The notes beneath the pieces are model-generated. The model saw only the letters and a program-made list of their open reading frames with translations. It was not told the DNA's origin and did no database searches. This document shows positions 61,364-64,000 of a stretch of 64,000 nucleotides of DNA, one piece after another. The DNA is from an uncultured Chloroflexia bacterium (GTDB lineage Bacteria; Chloroflexota; Limnocylindria; Limnocylindrales; CSP1-4). The stretch spans positions 768,001-832,000 of the forward strand of contig CAWHXD010000008.1 of NCBI GenBank assembly GCA_963833225.1, read 5' to 3'. The number at the start of each line of letters is the position of its first letter. The first letter of the stretch is position 1. Position numbers and translations under genes: made by a program.

Positions 61364-62956
61364 CTACGGTCCGCACGGTTCCTGGTTCGGACACGTCATG
61401 TCCTGGTGAGGCGAGAGCATGGTGAGCGGGAGGGCGTCAGGAGCGGCGACGGGCTCGGCCAGCCAGCGAACCTCCAACTGGTTCCTCCCGGAGCGGCTCT
61501 CTCGGGTGGTCATCCACGGGCCGCGTCCGGAGATCGCGAGCAGGTCGGGCTGGCCCGGCACCAGGTGGCCGTCGACCTCGATGCCGGCGTCGGTTGCCCG
61601 AGCGTCAACCCCCAGCGATGGCAGCTCGCTCCAGGTCCGGCCGTCGAACGACTCGCGAACACGGGCCGGCTGGTTGCTGTCGATGTCCACCACGATGATG
61701 CGCGTGCCGTCGCTGACCATCCGCATCAGCTGGTTAGGCAGGTCGATCGGCTCCCACGATGCGCCGTCGGCTGACTGGAAGGCGCGCATCGACAGCCGGA
61801 TGCCGGTGCCCCGGCCGATCACGTCGCCGAAGGCCACGAGGCCATCCGCTCCCACCCCGATCGCCCCCAAGCTGATCCCGGGAGCGTCGACGGTCGCCGG
61901 CGCCCACCGCTGCCCGTCAGGGGAGGTCCAGGCCGCCGCCACCCCGGCCGGCCCAGTTGGGTCCAGCTGCGGCGTCCCGGACACCACGGCCCCGACCGCA
62001 ACCCAGCGCGATCCGGTCCAGGCCAGGTCCGTCACCGTCGCCGCGGCACCGAACGGCTCGCCGACCGGGCGTGACGTCCACGTGGCGCCCCCATCGGTCG
62101 ATCGCCACAGCCGGTCGAGCGACCCGCGCTCCAGCACGAGCACGTTGGTGCCCCCGGAGGCCACCTGCCGATCCGAGTCGCCCAGCCACGGCGAGCTCGC
62201 GTCGGTGACTGGCGTCCACGTGACCCCGTCGGAGGACCCAAACGCGACTGGCTGCCCGGGGTCGTTCTGGGCGCCGGCGAGCTCTGCCGTCCGGTCGCGT
62301 CCGGTGGCGACGAGGCGGCCTCCCAAGGAGTACACGTGCTCGACGGCGATCCCGTCGTATGGCGGGCCGCCCGTCACCTCCGTCCAATCCGCGCCATCGA
62401 GCGAGCGCCAGATCCGGCCGGTGATGCGGTCAGGCTCGAAGTCATACCCGACCGCGACGACGCCCCCACCCCACGCGACGGCATCGGTGAGGTAGTGGTT
62501 CGGACCGCTGCTGGACACCGCCTCCCGGCTCCCGACCGGCCGCCATGTCAGCGATGTCCAGGGAGTGGGCTCGGGGGTCGGGATCAGCGGCGTCGGGGGC
62601 GCAGGTGACAGCGATCCTGGCGCGCCTGCGTTGGAGGCCGCCGCGGATCCGCCGGCGGGGGCGCCACTCGACGGCGGGATCCGGTCGTCGGGCCTCCCGG
62701 CCAGAATCGCGACGGCCAAGACGGCTGCCATGGTCGCCGCGATCCCCAGCAGTGCGACCGGACCGTGGCGGGTGCCGGCGACGATCCTCGAACCCGTGAC
62801 TGGTCGCACCTCCAGTCTGGTTGCCCGCGACTCGGCTTCGGCCGCCAGGCGCGCTCGTTCGCCAAGCCGGCCCCCGACGCTGGACCCGGCAGCCCGCCGA
62901 TCGATCAGGTCGCGGAGCGCGACGTCAAATGGATCGCGCTGGGGCCCGCCGGTCAC
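61364..62956 (-). CDS. Putative anti-sigma factor: single TM plus BNR/Asp-box beta-propeller
   Basis: GTG overlaps the sigma stop; repeated SxDGxxW motifs (SLDGADW, SSDGVTW, STDGGATW, SPDGQRW, SADGASW, SFDGRTW). Confidence 0.75.
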   Translation of the reverse strand: MTGGPQRDPFDVALRDLIDRRAAGSSVGGRLGERARLAAEAESRATRLEVRPVTGSRIVAGTRHGPVALLGIAATMAAVLAVAILAGRPDDRIPPSSGAPAGGSAAASNAGAPGSLSPAPPTPLIPTPEPTPWTSLTWRPVGSREAVSSSGPNHYLTDAVAWGGGVVAVGYDFEPDRITGRIWRSLDGADWTEVTGGPPYDGIAVEHVYSLGGRLVATGRDRTAELAGAQNDPGQPVAFGSSDGVTWTPVTDASSPWLGDSDRQVASGGTNVLVLERGSLDRLWRSTDGGATWTSRPVGEPFGAAATVTDLAWTGSRWVAVGAVVSGTPQLDPTGPAGVAAAWTSPDGQRWAPATVDAPGISLGAIGVGADGLVAFGDVIGRGTGIRLSMRAFQSADGASWEPIDLPNQLMRMVSDGTRIIVVDIDSNQPARVRESFDGRTWSELPSLGVDARATDAGIEVDGHLVPGQPDLLAISGRGPWMTTRESRSGRNQLEVRWLAEPVAAPDALPLTMLSPHQDMTCPNQEPCGP

Positions 62957-63486
62957 CGATCCACTCCCGCGAGCGAGCGCCGGAGAACGGCACGCGCCCG
63001 TGACAGTCTCGACTTGAGCGTCCCCACCGGCATCTCGAGGCGCTCGGCGATCTCCGCCAGTGCATAGCCTTCGAGATGGTGGAGGACCAGCGCGGCGCGA
63101 TCCTCGACGGCGATCTCGTCGAACGCGCGAGCCAGCGCATCGCGGTCGGCGATGGCGGCGCCGGGGTCGCACCCGGATGTCCAGCTCGGGTCCTCGGCCA
63201 AGGGCAGGGGTGCCAAGCGTGACCGCTGACGGCTTCGTTCGCGGATCCTGCGGCGGCAGCCGTTCACGAGGATCCGGTCGCTCCACGCCTCGAACCGCCC
63301 GACGTCCCGAAGTGACGGCAGCGCCCGCCAGATCGCCACCAGCCAGTCGTCGAGTGCAGCGTCGGCGTCGTCCGCGTCGCCCAGGATCGCCGAGGCCAGT
63401 CGTGCCATCCGTGCCTGCCGTTGCTCCACGAGGGCCACGAACGCGTCGACGTCCCCATCGCGGGCCCGCTCGACGAGCTCGGTCAC
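62953..63486 (-). CDS. ECF RNA polymerase sigma factor
   Basis: GGGAGG RBS; ARDGDVDAF, FEAWSDRILVN, EIAERLEMPVGTLKSRLSRA. Confidence 0.92.
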   Translation of the reverse strand: MTELVERARDGDVDAFVALVEQRQARMARLASAILGDADDADAALDDWLVAIWRALPSLRDVGRFEAWSDRILVNGCRRRIRERSRQRSRLAPLPLAEDPSWTSGCDPGAAIADRDALARAFDEIAVEDRAALVLHHLEGYALAEIAERLEMPVGTLKSRLSRARAVLRRSLAGVDR

Positions 63487-63667
63487 GCCCCCTCCCTTCG
63501 GTCCTTCCCCTTGATCAGAGTCAGCCGGGGTCCGCGCGGTTGCAGGCAATGATGCGCTTCGCGCAAGCGACCAACTTCTCACCCATGCCGCAGGTCGCGA
63601 CGCATGCGCCACCGATGTCGCGACCCTGGCAGTGGCGGAGCTGCGGCGTCGGTTCCATCCGGCGCGC

Positions 63668-64000
63668 TCAGCGTCCGAGGCGCACGCCGCGCGGCGCCCC
63701 GTCGAGCAGCTCGGCCCGGCCGCCCTCGACGCGCATCCACGCGAGCCCCGGTCCGGGCCACGGCGCGGTGGCCGAGGTGAGCGCCGCGACGACGTCCACC
63801 GCCCGAGCGGGATAGGCGGCCCGCAGCGTCTCCTCGACCTCGCGGGCCAGCCGCCGGGTCTCGACGGTCGAGCGCACGACGAGCAGGCGCGAGGTGGCTG
63901 GCTCGCCGTCGCGGGCGGCCCACCGCCAGAGGTTCGACGACGGCAGCGACTGCTCCTTCTCACGGTGCCATCCGATCTGTTGTTCCAGCCGTCGCAGGGC
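63668..64000 (-). CDS. C-terminal part of a hypothetical protein, truncated at the window edge
   Basis: Open frame from the edge: RLLVVRSTVETRR...LRAAYP...PWPGPGLAW. Confidence 0.55.
   Translation of the reverse strand, partial: ALRRLEQQIGWHREKEQSLPSSNLWRWAARDGEPATSRLLVVRSTVETRRLAREVEETLRAAYPARAVDVVAALTSATAPWPGPGLAWMRVEGGRAELLDGAPRGVRLGR

Overview
High-GC bacterial chromosomal window. Gene content suggests Chloroflexota, possibly Ca. Limnocylindria-like (inference only). Many single-base indels split housekeeping genes, which looks like long-read error. From left to right: tandem promoters and a boxA-like element of a probable rRNA operon running off the left edge; an ECF sigma/anti-sigma pair; recR-ybaB-dnaX, a large Alu-type SRP RNA, two tRNA-Ser and a tadA-like gene; a PPi-type PFK; a TarI-SDR fusion between two TagB/F-like genes; a nucleoside hydrolase; an FAD oxidoreductase; an IclR-led inositol cluster; a P-type ATPase and TetR; glutaredoxin-groES-rhodanese; a two-component system; tRNA-Ser(GCT)-tRNA-Arg(GCG); an enolase-superfamily gene; an aro operon with a leader-peptide attenuator; cydABDC with a PAS-LuxR regulator; membrane paralogs; a T-box-controlled trp operon with an apparent TrpC-TrpF-TrpB fusion; and a second ECF pair. 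The most striking observation: the syntenic TadA has Val in place of its catalytic Glu (HAV, as in eukaryotic ADAT3), and the tRNA-Arg that would normally be its substrate has anticodon GCG instead of ACG. No integrase, transposase or CRISPR array was seen.
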